Of a DNA stretch of 64,000 nucleotides, positions 28,699 through 40,537 are shown in pieces. Source of the stretch: an uncultured Candidatus Saccharibacteria bacterium (GTDB lineage: Bacteria; Patescibacteriota; Minisyncoccia; Minisyncoccales; GWA2-38-27); assembly GCA_964469955.1 (NCBI GenBank), contig CAYXZK010000005.1, positions 47,410 to 111,409 on the forward strand, written 5' to 3'. The notes beneath the pieces are model-generated. The model did no database searches, had not been told where the DNA came from, and worked only from the letters and a program-made list of their open reading frames with translations. The translations under genes were made by a program, and so were the position numbers. Numbering within the stretch: position 1 is the stretch's first letter; each line of letters starts with the position of its first letter.

Positions 28699-31134
28699 TT
28701 ACTCCTTTTCAGGTTGCAATTCTTCTGGAGATCCTTCTTCAATAGGAATTTTAGGCGGTTCTTCTTCTATGATATTTTCTAACGCCCTTCTTCCATTTCT
28801 TAAGTTTTCCAAAATAGTTTGAACTTCTGAATTATCAGGATTTAATTCAGCCACTTTTCTAAATTTTTCAATTGCTAAAGAATTTTGTCCCAACTTGTCG
28901 TAAGCAAGACCTAAGAAATACAAAGCGTTTGAATAATTAGGATTAAGCAAAATTGTCCTTTCCAACTCGTTCTTGGCTTTTTCGTAATCTTTATTTTGAT
29001 AATAAATTAATCCTAATTGAAAGGATAGTCCAATGTCATCGGGAGCAATTCTTTTCGTTTTTTCTAATTGACTAATAGCTTCTATTTGTTTGCCTTGCGA
29101 TTGATAAGCCATCGCGATTTGAAAACACGCCGGCGCATAATCAGATTTTAATTCGATCGCTTTTTCAAATTCACTTATTGCTTCATTAATAATTTTATTC
29201 TTTTCTACGCTTTGTTCCTCTGTCAAAAAAAATGATTTGTTTAACAAGGCTATACCTGTTTGTGTTGAAAAATAAGGATTATGTGGCTCAAGCTTTAAAG
29301 CTTCCGCGTAAGATGTCTTTACCCAATCTTCTGATCCATCTATTATGCCTATCATGTTCTGATAGATAAATCCCCTGACAGACCAATTCGCGACATTCTT
29401 AGAATTAATTTCAGTGGCTTTTTTAACGGAAAGGAGAGAGTCGCTAATTAGAGTTTGAGCTTGTTGGCTAATTTCTTCTTTTGGCAAATCTGTTCTATTC
29501 GCAATTTCGTTTATTTTTTTAATGTAAACTTGCGATAATTCTCTCCAATATAAATCAACTTTTGAATTTAAGCCTACTGCTTTTTCGAAAAAAGTAATAG
29601 AATTATCACTTTCTCCTTTTTGCCAAGATTTTATTCCTTTAAGATAATATGCGTCTGCCGCATATCTCTGCCCTTCTGTAATTAAGACACCTAAGCCAAA
29701 AATGAAAATTATAGTGAAAACGAAAGTAGTAGCCAAGGTTGCTAAAGATGAAGACTTAAGCGCAATTTCTTTCTTGGTAAAAGAAGTTAAGGCAACAAAA
29801 CTTGCTATTAATAAGAAAAACAGGAACTCTAAAGACAAATTAGACGGGTGGAGAAAATAAGCGAACAATAAAACAATAAAACTAATAAAAGTTCCAGCGC
29901 TTAAAAGCCACAATAAACCCGTATCTTCTTTGTTTTCTTTCAGCCTATCAACGCTTTTCTCGTTCTTAACTAATTTTTCTCCTTGACCTGCCTTTCCAAA
30001 AAAAGACTTTATGCCATAAAAAATAAATAGAGCGATAAGGGTTAAAAAAGAAATAATCCCCAATACGCCTGTTGTGCTAAATATATCAAGAAATTTTGAA
30101 CCGCTATTTTGAAACCTAACATTCCAAAATGGATTATCGTTAAACTCAATTTTCTTATACTTAGAGAAATCGTATATAAAAGTTCCTGGACCCGTGCCTA
30201 AAATAGGATTTTCTTTTAACGCTTTTTGTCCAATGTCAAAACTTGTTCCTTGCTTTAAAAACACTTCTATGTTGCGCGCGGGCATTCCGGAAACCTCAAA
30301 ACTAAAAAAAATGAAAAATAGAGATAATACCAAGCAAAATGTAGGTAAAATCAACCAACGATTGTCAAAAAATTCTCTTTTTTGAGTAACGAAAGTGATA
30401 ATCAAGGCAGATCCTATTACTACTAACCACCATGCGGTTGGAAAGTTTGCCAAGATTAATAAAACAATACTTACAAGAAGCGTTAGTAGAAAAAGTATCC
30501 TTAAAAATCCTTTTGCTTTTGTTGTTAAGAGAATAAATAAAGGCAATAAAACAGCGCTAAAAATAGCCAAACTAGTAACAGTTCCAATCGTATTGAAAGA
30601 TGGAACACTGGCAAAGTCAAAGGGAAATATAAACTTTCCAAAAAGTTGTAAAACCCCAAAAAGAATTGCCATAAAACTTGAGAAAACCAACACAGACATT
30701 AGCCTGAAAATTTCTTCTTTTTTGAACAGATTTGTTATTAAAAAATACAATAATACCAAACTGAATAAAGTCATAAAGCTATCTGAAGTAACTTGAGGCC
30801 AACCCCAAAAACTCCCATACGGCCATAAAGAAAAAATAGTTGAACTTAATAAAATCAGTAAAAATCCTAAAACGGGAAAATGCAAACGATTAAAATTGAA
30901 TTTAAACTTTCCCACGCTTAAGGTTTTTAATATCCATGCGAATATTGAAATAAAAACCAAAACTATCAACAATGCTTGTTTGTTGAAATCAAGAACATTC
31001 GCCGTCCAAGGCAAGAAGAAAAGCGGCAATAAAAAAATTAAAAGATAAAGACTGCCTTTAGAAATTTTTTCGTAAATCTCACCTGTTTTAGGAGAGACTT
31101 TGCTTGGAGAAGTTTGGTTTAAATTCTTTGTCAT
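28699..31134 (-). CDS. Polytopic membrane protein, O-antigen ligase/PglL-like, with C-terminal TPR repeats
   Basis: 12 or more TM segments, NTIG, ENPILGTGPGTF loop motif, then TPRs (FEKAVGLNS, AIELKSDYAPA, LNPNYSNALYFLGLAY). Confidence 0.75.
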   Translation of the reverse strand: MTKNLNQTSPSKVSPKTGEIYEKISKGSLYLLIFLLPLFFLPWTANVLDFNKQALLIVLVFISIFAWILKTLSVGKFKFNFNRLHFPVLGFLLILLSSTIFSLWPYGSFWGWPQVTSDSFMTLFSLVLLYFLITNLFKKEEIFRLMSVLVFSSFMAILFGVLQLFGKFIFPFDFASVPSFNTIGTVTSLAIFSAVLLPLFILLTTKAKGFLRILFLLTLLVSIVLLILANFPTAWWLVVIGSALIITFVTQKREFFDNRWLILPTFCLVLSLFFIFFSFEVSGMPARNIEVFLKQGTSFDIGQKALKENPILGTGPGTFIYDFSKYKKIEFNDNPFWNVRFQNSGSKFLDIFSTTGVLGIISFLTLIALFIFYGIKSFFGKAGQGEKLVKNEKSVDRLKENKEDTGLLWLLSAGTFISFIVLLFAYFLHPSNLSLEFLFFLLIASFVALTSFTKKEIALKSSSLATLATTFVFTIIFIFGLGVLITEGQRYAADAYYLKGIKSWQKGESDNSITFFEKAVGLNSKVDLYWRELSQVYIKKINEIANRTDLPKEEISQQAQTLISDSLLSVKKATEINSKNVANWSVRGFIYQNMIGIIDGSEDWVKTSYAEALKLEPHNPYFSTQTGIALLNKSFFLTEEQSVEKNKIINEAISEFEKAIELKSDYAPACFQIAMAYQSQGKQIEAISQLEKTKRIAPDDIGLSFQLGLIYYQNKDYEKAKNELERTILLNPNYSNALYFLGLAYDKLGQNSLAIEKFRKVAELNPDNSEVQTILENLRNGRRALENIIEEEPPKIPIEEGSPEELQPEKE

Positions 31135-31303
31135 ATTTTTAAATAATTAATTATTAATTATTGATTAACGATTATTGATAAATCGCGATTCCTAAAAATC
31201 ATTAATCTCTGCGAACCTAAAAAAGAGACTTGTTGATAATTATTATAATATGTAGTTTATTCTTAAGCAATGTTTAAAACTTTTATTTCCTTTTAAGATA
31301 GAA

Positions 31304-32392
31304 TTAATTAATTTTCGTGCTTTGGAGTATTCCAAAACTAATAAAAACAGCGATTAAGCCTGAACCGCCATAACTAAGCAAAGGCAAAGAAACGCCAATA
31401 ACAGGTAGGACGCCGAGATTCATTCCAATATTGATAAATAGTTGCGATGATAAAACAATAATAATTCCTGAAGCGAAAAGACGCGGAAAATTAGTTTGAG
31501 ACATAACAGCAATTTTCATAATTCTCCAAAATAAAATTACATAAAGGCACAGAAGAAACGATATGCCTATAAGCCCGAACTCTTCCGCGATAGAAGCAAA
31601 AATAAAATCCGTATGAGGTTCAGATAAGAATCCATGTTGGGTTTGCGATCCCTTGCCTAATCCTTGTCCCCAAAATCCACCTGAACCAATTGCAATTTTT
31701 GACTGAATTTGGCTCCAACCCATTCCAAGGGGTTCAACTTCAGGCGCCAAAAAAGATATGACTCTTTCTTGTTGATAGTCTTTTAAAAAGAAAGACCAAG
31801 TTAAAGTTAAAAGCAAAATACCACAAAGAGATAAAATTAAAAAATGACGCATTTTAATTCCAGATATGATTAAAACTCCAATCCATAGAGCGATCAATAT
31901 TAAAGCTGAGCCAAAATCTGGCTGACGGAAGATTAAAAAAGAAGGCAATATAATATAGAAACCTGAAAGAAAAATATGTCTTAATCTATACATTTCTACG
32001 TGTTTCATTGAAAAATATTTTGCGAGTAGAATTATCAGAACAATTTTTGTAAGCTCTATTGGATCAAACGAAACTGGTCCTAACTTATACCATCCTTTGA
32101 CACCTCTAATTTCAGGCGCTAAAAAGAATAATCCGACTAAAGACAGCACACAAAAAGAATAAAGGAATAAAATAAAATAAGAATTAGTTTTAAAAACCCT
32201 CCAATCAAAAAAACCTAAAGCAAACATTAATAAAAGCCCTATCGCAAAAAAAATAATTTGTTTTTTAAAATTAGAAAAGTCTCCTCTGCCTAAAGAAGAA
32301 CTATAAATAGATAAAAGCCCTATTCCAACTAAAAGAATAGAAACAATGATTAGCGTCCAATCAAAACGTTTTAGGTGAACAAATGCGCGCAT
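31304..32392 (-). CDS. rodA: SEDS family peptidoglycan glycosyltransferase RodA
   Basis: QPDFGSA, QSKIAIGSGG, LSEPHTDFIFA..AEEFG, LPLLSYGGS. Confidence 0.93.
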   Translation of the reverse strand: MRAFVHLKRFDWTLIIVSILLVGIGLLSIYSSSLGRGDFSNFKKQIIFFAIGLLLMFALGFFDWRVFKTNSYFILFLYSFCVLSLVGLFFLAPEIRGVKGWYKLGPVSFDPIELTKIVLIILLAKYFSMKHVEMYRLRHIFLSGFYIILPSFLIFRQPDFGSALILIALWIGVLIISGIKMRHFLILSLCGILLLTLTWSFFLKDYQQERVISFLAPEVEPLGMGWSQIQSKIAIGSGGFWGQGLGKGSQTQHGFLSEPHTDFIFASIAEEFGLIGISFLLCLYVILFWRIMKIAVMSQTNFPRLFASGIIIVLSSQLFINIGMNLGVLPVIGVSLPLLSYGGSGLIAVFISFGILQSTKIN

Positions 32393-32428
32393 ATTATTGA
32401 TTCCTAATCAATGATAAATAATCAATAA

Positions 32429-34558
<2,130 letters not shown>

Positions 34559-34602
34559 CTAAAGATTTTTTGAATGAATTACATAAAAAAATACGACAAA
34601 AA

Positions 34603-34989
34603 TTACATCGTAGTTACGATAGCTCTTCTAGTCTCTTTGTAAACTCCTACAGATTTAATACAATGGCTATATTCAAGACTTGCTGGACACCAATCTTCAC
34701 TACCGTCTGCCGTTGCTCTCCAAACTTCATATTCAACAAAACCCAAACTCATTCCCATTTGTATTGGACCTATATGGTCGCTTTGTTCTGCGAGCATCTG
34801 TTCAATTCCAGTATCAGCGCCATAAAAAGCAACAACTGAACTTTCAATATCTTTTGTTGTTTTTATTTGCCCAATTAAAATTACGGTTAAACCTAAAACA
34901 ATAGATAAAATAATGCTCATTATCATAATGGCTAAATAGATAGAAACTCCTTTTTCTCTATTGGCTTGGTAATTTTTTTTAATTGACAT
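34603..34989 (-). CDS. PilX-like minor pilin (short, outside the main pilus locus)
   Basis: KG|VSIYLAIMIM class III signal-like peptide, AFYGADTGIE PilX-N motif, C-terminal IKSVG...RRAI. Confidence 0.75.
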   Translation of the reverse strand: MSIKKNYQANREKGVSIYLAIMIMSIILSIVLGLTVILIGQIKTTKDIESSVVAFYGADTGIEQMLAEQSDHIGPIQMGMSLGFVEYEVWRATADGSEDWCPASLEYSHCIKSVGVYKETRRAIVTTM

Positions 34990-35097
34990 ATTTTCTTTAG
35001 TTTCGTTAAAAGTAACCCTAAATAGTCTTTAGGCTTATACCTTTTATTATACAACAGATTCCTGAATCATAAAATGCCTTTTAAGACAAAATTGCGT

Positions 35098-36090
35098 TTA
35101 AAATAATTCGAAAATTTTTATTAAGAATAAAGAGTAAATCAAAAGATACATTAATCCTTCCCAAATATGAATTTTACGAGAAATGCCAGAAATTATAAAA
35201 AGTAAAGTCGCGCTGACCAAAAAAGGCAAACCAATTTCAAAAGTAAGACTATCTATTTTCAATGGCTTGATTAAAGCGGGAACTCCAATTACCAATAAAA
35301 AATTAAAAACATTTGAACCAAACACATTGCCTAAAGCAACTTCATATTTTTTCTTTAAGCATGCTTTAACAGAAACAACAAGTTCAGGCAAAGAGGTCCC
35401 AACAGCAACAGCTGTAATTGTAATCAAGGAGACAGAAATTTCTAAAATAGACGATATCTCTAAAATAGATTCAATTGTATAATTCGCACCGACAGCAAGC
35501 CCAATTATTCCTAAAATCAGAAAAAAGAAAACTTTGAAATTAAGTTTTACAACAGGAACTTCTTGCCTTTTTGCTTGAAATATTTTTTCTTCTGAAGGCA
35601 AAGCTTTAATCGTTTCGGAAACTTCTGTCTTTTGCTCGTCTTTCCTTTGAAAAAAGGTATATAAAACGTAAAAGAGAAAAGCCACGCTTAGAATAACCCC
35701 TTCCCCAAAAACAATATTTTTATCCCACGCAACAAATAAAAAGATTAAAGTCGCTGTAACCAAAAGAGGCGCGTCTAAATCAATTAAATTTCTTTTTATT
35801 ATAAGATGACGCGCTACCACCGCGGATAACCCGACAATCAAAAAAATATTAGCGATATTTGAACCAATAACATTAGCAGCCACAATTTCAGTTGCCCCTT
35901 TTAGAACAGCGGCTATTGACGAAGCCAGCTCTGGAAAAGAAGTGCCAAAAGCAACGATTGTTACGCCAATAACAAAAGGTGAAATTTTAAACGCTAGACC
36001 TATTTTTTCAGAACTTTCAATAAGCCAATCAGCCGATTTTATTAAAAGGACCAAACTAGCGATAAAAATTATACTCCAAAGAATAACCAT
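35098..36090 (-). CDS. Ca2+/Na+ antiporter (YrbG/CaCA family)
   Basis: Two alpha repeats GTSFPEL...NVIGSN and GTSLPEL...GNVFGSN. Confidence 0.93.
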   Translation of the reverse strand: MVILWSIIFIASLVLLIKSADWLIESSEKIGLAFKISPFVIGVTIVAFGTSFPELASSIAAVLKGATEIVAANVIGSNIANIFLIVGLSAVVARHLIIKRNLIDLDAPLLVTATLIFLFVAWDKNIVFGEGVILSVAFLFYVLYTFFQRKDEQKTEVSETIKALPSEEKIFQAKRQEVPVVKLNFKVFFFLILGIIGLAVGANYTIESILEISSILEISVSLITITAVAVGTSLPELVVSVKACLKKKYEVALGNVFGSNVFNFLLVIGVPALIKPLKIDSLTFEIGLPFLVSATLLFIISGISRKIHIWEGLMYLLIYSLFLIKIFELF

Positions 36091-36150
36091 ATTTTTAAAA
36101 ATAACATTTACTGCAACATAATATAGCTTTAATTCCTATATAAATAAATA

Positions 36151-38361
36151 TTACGCCCTTAAATTTGACCATTTTCCGCAACGGTCCCCCCATCTACTAA
36201 CTACTTTACCATTAATCCTGGCTTCAATCACTTCGCATTGGTTGGGGCAACCGTCGCAAGTGAAAGAAGAAGTTTTAATTTCTTGATTAGAAACATCCCA
36301 TCCTCTAAATTTGCCTTTGCTTTCCTGGCCAGCTCTTTGTTCCATTGCCAATAAAGCGACGCCTAAAGCGCCCATCACTATATTATGTTCTGGCACAATG
36401 ACTTTCTCTCCTAATTCTTGCTCAAAAGCTCTTATCATTCCTTTATTTTCGCTTACTCCGCCCTGAAAAACAATAGGTGGCTGTATGTTTTTGCCTTTTC
36501 CAACACCAGCTAAATAATTTCGCGCTAATCCTTGGCAAAGACCTGCGACAATATCTTCGGTCTTGTGTCCAATTTGTTGTTTATGAATCATATCCGACTC
36601 TGCAAAAATTGTGCAACGTGAAGCAATCGTAGTAGGGCTGTTTGACTTTAAAGCAACTTCCCCGAATTTTTCTATGGGAATTTCTAATCTAAAAGACTGC
36701 GCGTCTAAAAAAGATCCTGTGCCTGCAGCGCAATTATGAACTGCTATATTGTTGACAACATAAGAGTCATCTTTTGCTACTTTAAAATTATAAATATTTC
36801 CATTAAATTTATATTTGCTGATTTTCCTAATTGGCTCAAAAAAGAAATTAGAATAAATAAAAGATTTAGAGCTCTGCTTCTTTGGATTAATCAACGAACC
36901 ATCTTCCAGCTTATTAATATCTCTTCCGTGAACAGAAATAAAATAAACATATTTTCCACCTGTAGTCTTTTTAAAAGATCTTCGTAAAGTGCATTTGATT
37001 TTATTCCTCAATAAAATCCAATACAATTGATGAGCAAGAACTTCAGAAACAGTAGAGGAAACATACCTATTGCCAATTTTATTTTTACCTAATGTGTTTT
37101 TAGGTCTTTTCCTTAGCCGTCCATCGCCTCTGAAAAATCCTTTTAATATTTCTTTTTGCAGAGAAGGCTCCAATTTTAACAACTCTCGACTTATTTGTTT
37201 CTTGTCTGCACAAGAACCGCAAAGATATTTTACATAATCTGCTAAACTTTTACTATAAATCGAAACTGTGGCTGAACGATGCTCAGAGTTCTGTCTAACT
37301 TTAACATTAATGTCTTTAAAATTATGAGAAATAATGTTTTTTATATCTTTTACATAATTTTTTTCGTTAATATTAAACACAAAAGAAATCCCTCTTGGAT
37401 GTCTAATTTCCTTGTTCCCACAAGCTTGATTATATATAATAGACCCTTCTGCCAAATAATACCCTAAGAACCTAAACAAATCTGGTTTAAACATAAATTT
37501 GTCTATTTTTTTAAAAGGCTTAGATGCTTTGGGTTCAGTTTTTATAACCGAATAATCTATAAAAGTAGAATTATCAATTTTTGAAGGCAAAGGTGTTGCG
37601 ACGAAATCTCCTTTTCGAAATTCTTGTGCTGGAATAAATTTTGGCTCCCATGAAAAATTCTTATGTTTAACACAACGCTTTTTGCAAGTTCTTTCTTCCG
37701 GAGGTTTACAAATAACAATATTTTTTCTCACATTATCTTGATAGCATTTTATGTCTTTTCTTTTTAATCCTAAAATTGGATGTTCTGGTGTAATTTCCAA
37801 TTTTTTCAAGTTTGAAACTTCAATATCGATCATTTCCCCCTTATAATGCCTTTCAAAGACTTGATCTATTTTTTGAAAATCTCCCTGATGAGTTAAAACA
37901 TGCTGACCAATTTTTACTTCTTTTATAGGTCTTGAAGAATAATTTGGGTTTGTGGTTATCTTTGAATTACTACTCAAACAAATTGCGTTCATGCCAAAAT
38001 CAATTGCTACTCCGTCCTCTAAAATAATAATTTTTGAGTCTTGTCCTCCTATTTCAATAATTGTTCTAACTTCTGGAACTAAAAAACTTGATGCTTTAGC
38101 GTGAGATGTTATCTCATTTTTAACTAAATCAGCTCCTGCAATCACTCCTGCTAAATAGCGAGCTGAACCAGTTGTTCCAACTCCCCAGACTTCAACGCCT
38201 TCACCGATCTGTTCTTTTACTTTTTTTAAACCTGTTTTAACAGCAGTAATCGGATCTCCTTCTGTCCTAATGTATAAAGAAGCTAAAATTTCTTTTTTTT
38301 CATTTACCAGAACAAAATCTGTTGAGATAGAACCGACGTCAATTCCTAAATAAGTTTTCAT
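36151..38361 (-). CDS. CoA-substrate-specific enzyme activase (BadF/BadG/BcrA/BcrD ATPase, HgdC-like), intein-containing; spliced product 320 aa
   Basis: LGIDVGSISTD, TTGSAR, NEITSH, EIGGQDSK, MNAI|CAAGTGSFLD after intein removal, SRCTIFAESD, FQGGV..N, C-terminal CDGCPNQC. Confidence 0.93.
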   Translation of the reverse strand: MKTYLGIDVGSISTDFVLVNEKKEILASLYIRTEGDPITAVKTGLKKVKEQIGEGVEVWGVGTTGSARYLAGVIAGADLVKNEITSHAKASSFLVPEVRTIIEIGGQDSKIIILEDGVAIDFGMNAICLSSNSKITTNPNYSSRPIKEVKIGQHVLTHQGDFQKIDQVFERHYKGEMIDIEVSNLKKLEITPEHPILGLKRKDIKCYQDNVRKNIVICKPPEERTCKKRCVKHKNFSWEPKFIPAQEFRKGDFVATPLPSKIDNSTFIDYSVIKTEPKASKPFKKIDKFMFKPDLFRFLGYYLAEGSIIYNQACGNKEIRHPRGISFVFNINEKNYVKDIKNIISHNFKDINVKVRQNSEHRSATVSIYSKSLADYVKYLCGSCADKKQISRELLKLEPSLQKEILKGFFRGDGRLRKRPKNTLGKNKIGNRYVSSTVSEVLAHQLYWILLRNKIKCTLRRSFKKTTGGKYVYFISVHGRDINKLEDGSLINPKKQSSKSFIYSNFFFEPIRKISKYKFNGNIYNFKVAKDDSYVVNNIAVHNCAAGTGSFLDAQSFRLEIPIEKFGEVALKSNSPTTIASRCTIFAESDMIHKQQIGHKTEDIVAGLCQGLARNYLAGVGKGKNIQPPIVFQGGVSENKGMIRAFEQELGEKVIVPEHNIVMGALGVALLAMEQRAGQESKGKFRGWDVSNQEIKTSSFTCDGCPNQCEVIEARINGKVVSRWGDRCGKWSNLRA
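36733..37980 (-). mobile_element. Intein with LAGLIDADG homing endonuclease (416 aa)
   Basis: Block A CLSSNSKIT, block B ITPEHP, LAGLIDADG motifs FLGYYLAEGS and LKGFFRGDG, blocks F/G IYNFKV..DDSYVVNNIAVHN, +1 Cys. Confidence 0.95.
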
Positions 38362-38372
38362 ACGTTATACGT

Positions 38373-39440
38373 TTATGTATTTTTTTTATTATGATAATTA
38401 TTAACTACATCCGAGAATGCCTCTAAGCGAGTTTGAATTCCCGCTTCGGCTACTTGTTCGTCTAAAGACAAAGATAAAAACGGGATTTTCTTTTCTTTGT
38501 GTATCTTTTCTAAAATAGGCCTGACAGTAACCTCTGGCATACAAGCAAGTGGCAAAATATGAACCACGCCATCAAGTCTTTTTTTAACAGCAACCAGCAT
38601 TTCGTTGACAGCATCTCTGCCATGCCCACCAACAGTTGTTTTTAAATAAGGATAAACCCTTTTCTGCGCAATATAGTCCAACCAAGGAAAAGCTTCGTGC
38701 CTTAGAAAATACGAAAGACTAAGGTCTCGATGAACTTCCATGCCCATTTGTCCTAATTTCTTTTCTAAATCAAAATTAACAATATTGTCGGTTACCATAA
38801 AAATTTCTCCCAGAATGCCTATCTTTATTACGTCTTTATTTTTTATTATTTTAATTTCTTTAAGTTTTTTTAAAGTCTTTTTTTTAAGTTTGCGCAAAGC
38901 GCTTCTTGTTTTTAGCGCGCCTATATTATTAAAAAAATAATCTAAAACTTTATCTGTCTCTCCTTTTGTCGTTTCTCTTGGTCTAAAATAAGCAGCTTTC
39001 TTTTCTAATCTTTCTATAAATCTAATTATACTAAAAGTAGAGTAAAAAGCATCTAATATTTTAAACCAAGAAATTTTATTTATTCTCTTTATTTCTCTTA
39101 TTCTTGAAATAGGATGGCTTGTATTCAGGTTTATAATCTTTGCTTTAAATCCAGCATCGTTTAAGGCTTTTTGTTGAATTATCCAATAATATCTAAATCT
39201 ACAAATACCTCCTAAATTTTCCCACATGAAAATAGTATCTGCGCCTCTTCTTAAAGAAGATACATAATTTCCCATATTTACTTTCAAGGGAAAACAAAAA
39301 AGTTCCGGGGAAATCCTTGCTCCTTCTCTAATAGAGGTTTGGTTAGTTTTTTCAGGAGCAATAACGTCAAATCCCAATTTTTCAAAGAGAATTGTAATCG
39401 CAGGAGTATAATGCCCCCAATATGGAAAAGTTACTTTCAT
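38373..39440 (-). CDS. 2-hydroxyacyl-CoA dehydratase-like / activase-associated Fe-S subunit
   Basis: PELFCFPLK, GGICRFRYY, IGILGEIF, VGGHG, LPLACMPE, LDEQVAEAGIQTRLEAF. Confidence 0.8.
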   Translation of the reverse strand: MKVTFPYWGHYTPAITILFEKLGFDVIAPEKTNQTSIREGARISPELFCFPLKVNMGNYVSSLRRGADTIFMWENLGGICRFRYYWIIQQKALNDAGFKAKIINLNTSHPISRIREIKRINKISWFKILDAFYSTFSIIRFIERLEKKAAYFRPRETTKGETDKVLDYFFNNIGALKTRSALRKLKKKTLKKLKEIKIIKNKDVIKIGILGEIFMVTDNIVNFDLEKKLGQMGMEVHRDLSLSYFLRHEAFPWLDYIAQKRVYPYLKTTVGGHGRDAVNEMLVAVKKRLDGVVHILPLACMPEVTVRPILEKIHKEKKIPFLSLSLDEQVAEAGIQTRLEAFSDVVNNYHNKKNT

Positions 39441-39448
39441 AAAATAAA

Positions 39449-40471
39449 TTAATGAATTGTGTCTACAAATGCCTCTAATCTGGTTTGCAACCCAGCTTCA
39501 GCAGTATGTTCGTCAACCAATAAATATAGAAATGGAATCTTTCTCTGTTTAAACATTTTTTCAATGAACTCTTTCAAAACCGAATCGCATCCACACTGAA
39601 ACGCAGATACTTCAATAGCCCCTGATAATTTTAATAAAGACAACGCTAAAGATTCTGCTTTAAGGTTGTCGTCATTGGTCTCATTTACCTTTGCTAGTAA
39701 GCTAATCTTAATAATCTTCTGGACTTGTTCTGTTATGTCTCTGCCAAATTCCCAATGCCAGTTGGGAAACTCAGAATCCTTGGCAGCTATTTCATCATGT
39801 GTTAATTTTTCAATAAAACCCATTTTGTTGTTTAGCGATCTGTCTTGTTTTAGTGGGATTTCGTCAATATATATTAATTCCATCCCAAGATCGTTTATTT
39901 TTTTCTCAATCCCCAAATTTACGTATTCGTCGTAAAGTATATACGGATGGCTTATAAAAACTATTTTTTTGCGCTGCGATTTGATTTTTTTATAAAAAGA
40001 TTGCTTTTTTTTTGCTTCTCGTTTCTCTATTTCTCGTTTGCCTTTGTTGATAGCTTTTTTAATTTTCTCTGGGTCGTTGCAAAATTGTTTTCCTATTTTA
40101 AAAGCAACCTTATCAAGAGATTCTTTTTTAAAATCAATTTTTGGAAAAATTATAGGAGTTTTAATTACTAAAGCAGCTATATCTGAAAGGGCAAAAAATT
40201 TAGGGCAATATTCAAGCCCTATCTTGTTTCTAATCATACGCGGAATAAAAATGTAATCTACCTTATCTTCCAATTCTAAAACATGGCCTAAAAAAACTTT
40301 GCTAGAAAAACAACTTTCCGTATCAGACGCTTTTGTCCCTTGAGCCACGATCTGTCTATTGGTTAATGGAGAAATTAACACATTTAAATCTATGTTTTTA
40401 AAAAAAGTCCTCCAAAATTCAATTCCTGGTTCTTTCCAATAAATTAAAGCTCTTGGTATTCCAATTGTCAT
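39449..40471 (-). CDS. DUF2229-like activase-associated / dehydratase-like Fe-S subunit (start moved to the ATG at 40471)
   Basis: IGIPRAL, ESCFSSKVFLGH, YCPKF, ISHPY, SAFQCGCDS, DEHTAEAGLQTRLEAF. Confidence 0.8.
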   Translation of the reverse strand: MTIGIPRALIYWKEPGIEFWRTFFKNIDLNVLISPLTNRQIVAQGTKASDTESCFSSKVFLGHVLELEDKVDYIFIPRMIRNKIGLEYCPKFFALSDIAALVIKTPIIFPKIDFKKESLDKVAFKIGKQFCNDPEKIKKAINKGKREIEKREAKKKQSFYKKIKSQRKKIVFISHPYILYDEYVNLGIEKKINDLGMELIYIDEIPLKQDRSLNNKMGFIEKLTHDEIAAKDSEFPNWHWEFGRDITEQVQKIIKISLLAKVNETNDDNLKAESLALSLLKLSGAIEVSAFQCGCDSVLKEFIEKMFKQRKIPFLYLLVDEHTAEAGLQTRLEAFVDTIH

Positions 40472-40537
40472 ATAAGTTAATAAACGATAGTTAATGATCA
40501 ATAATCACTAATCAATTATCACCAATCAATCATTGAA

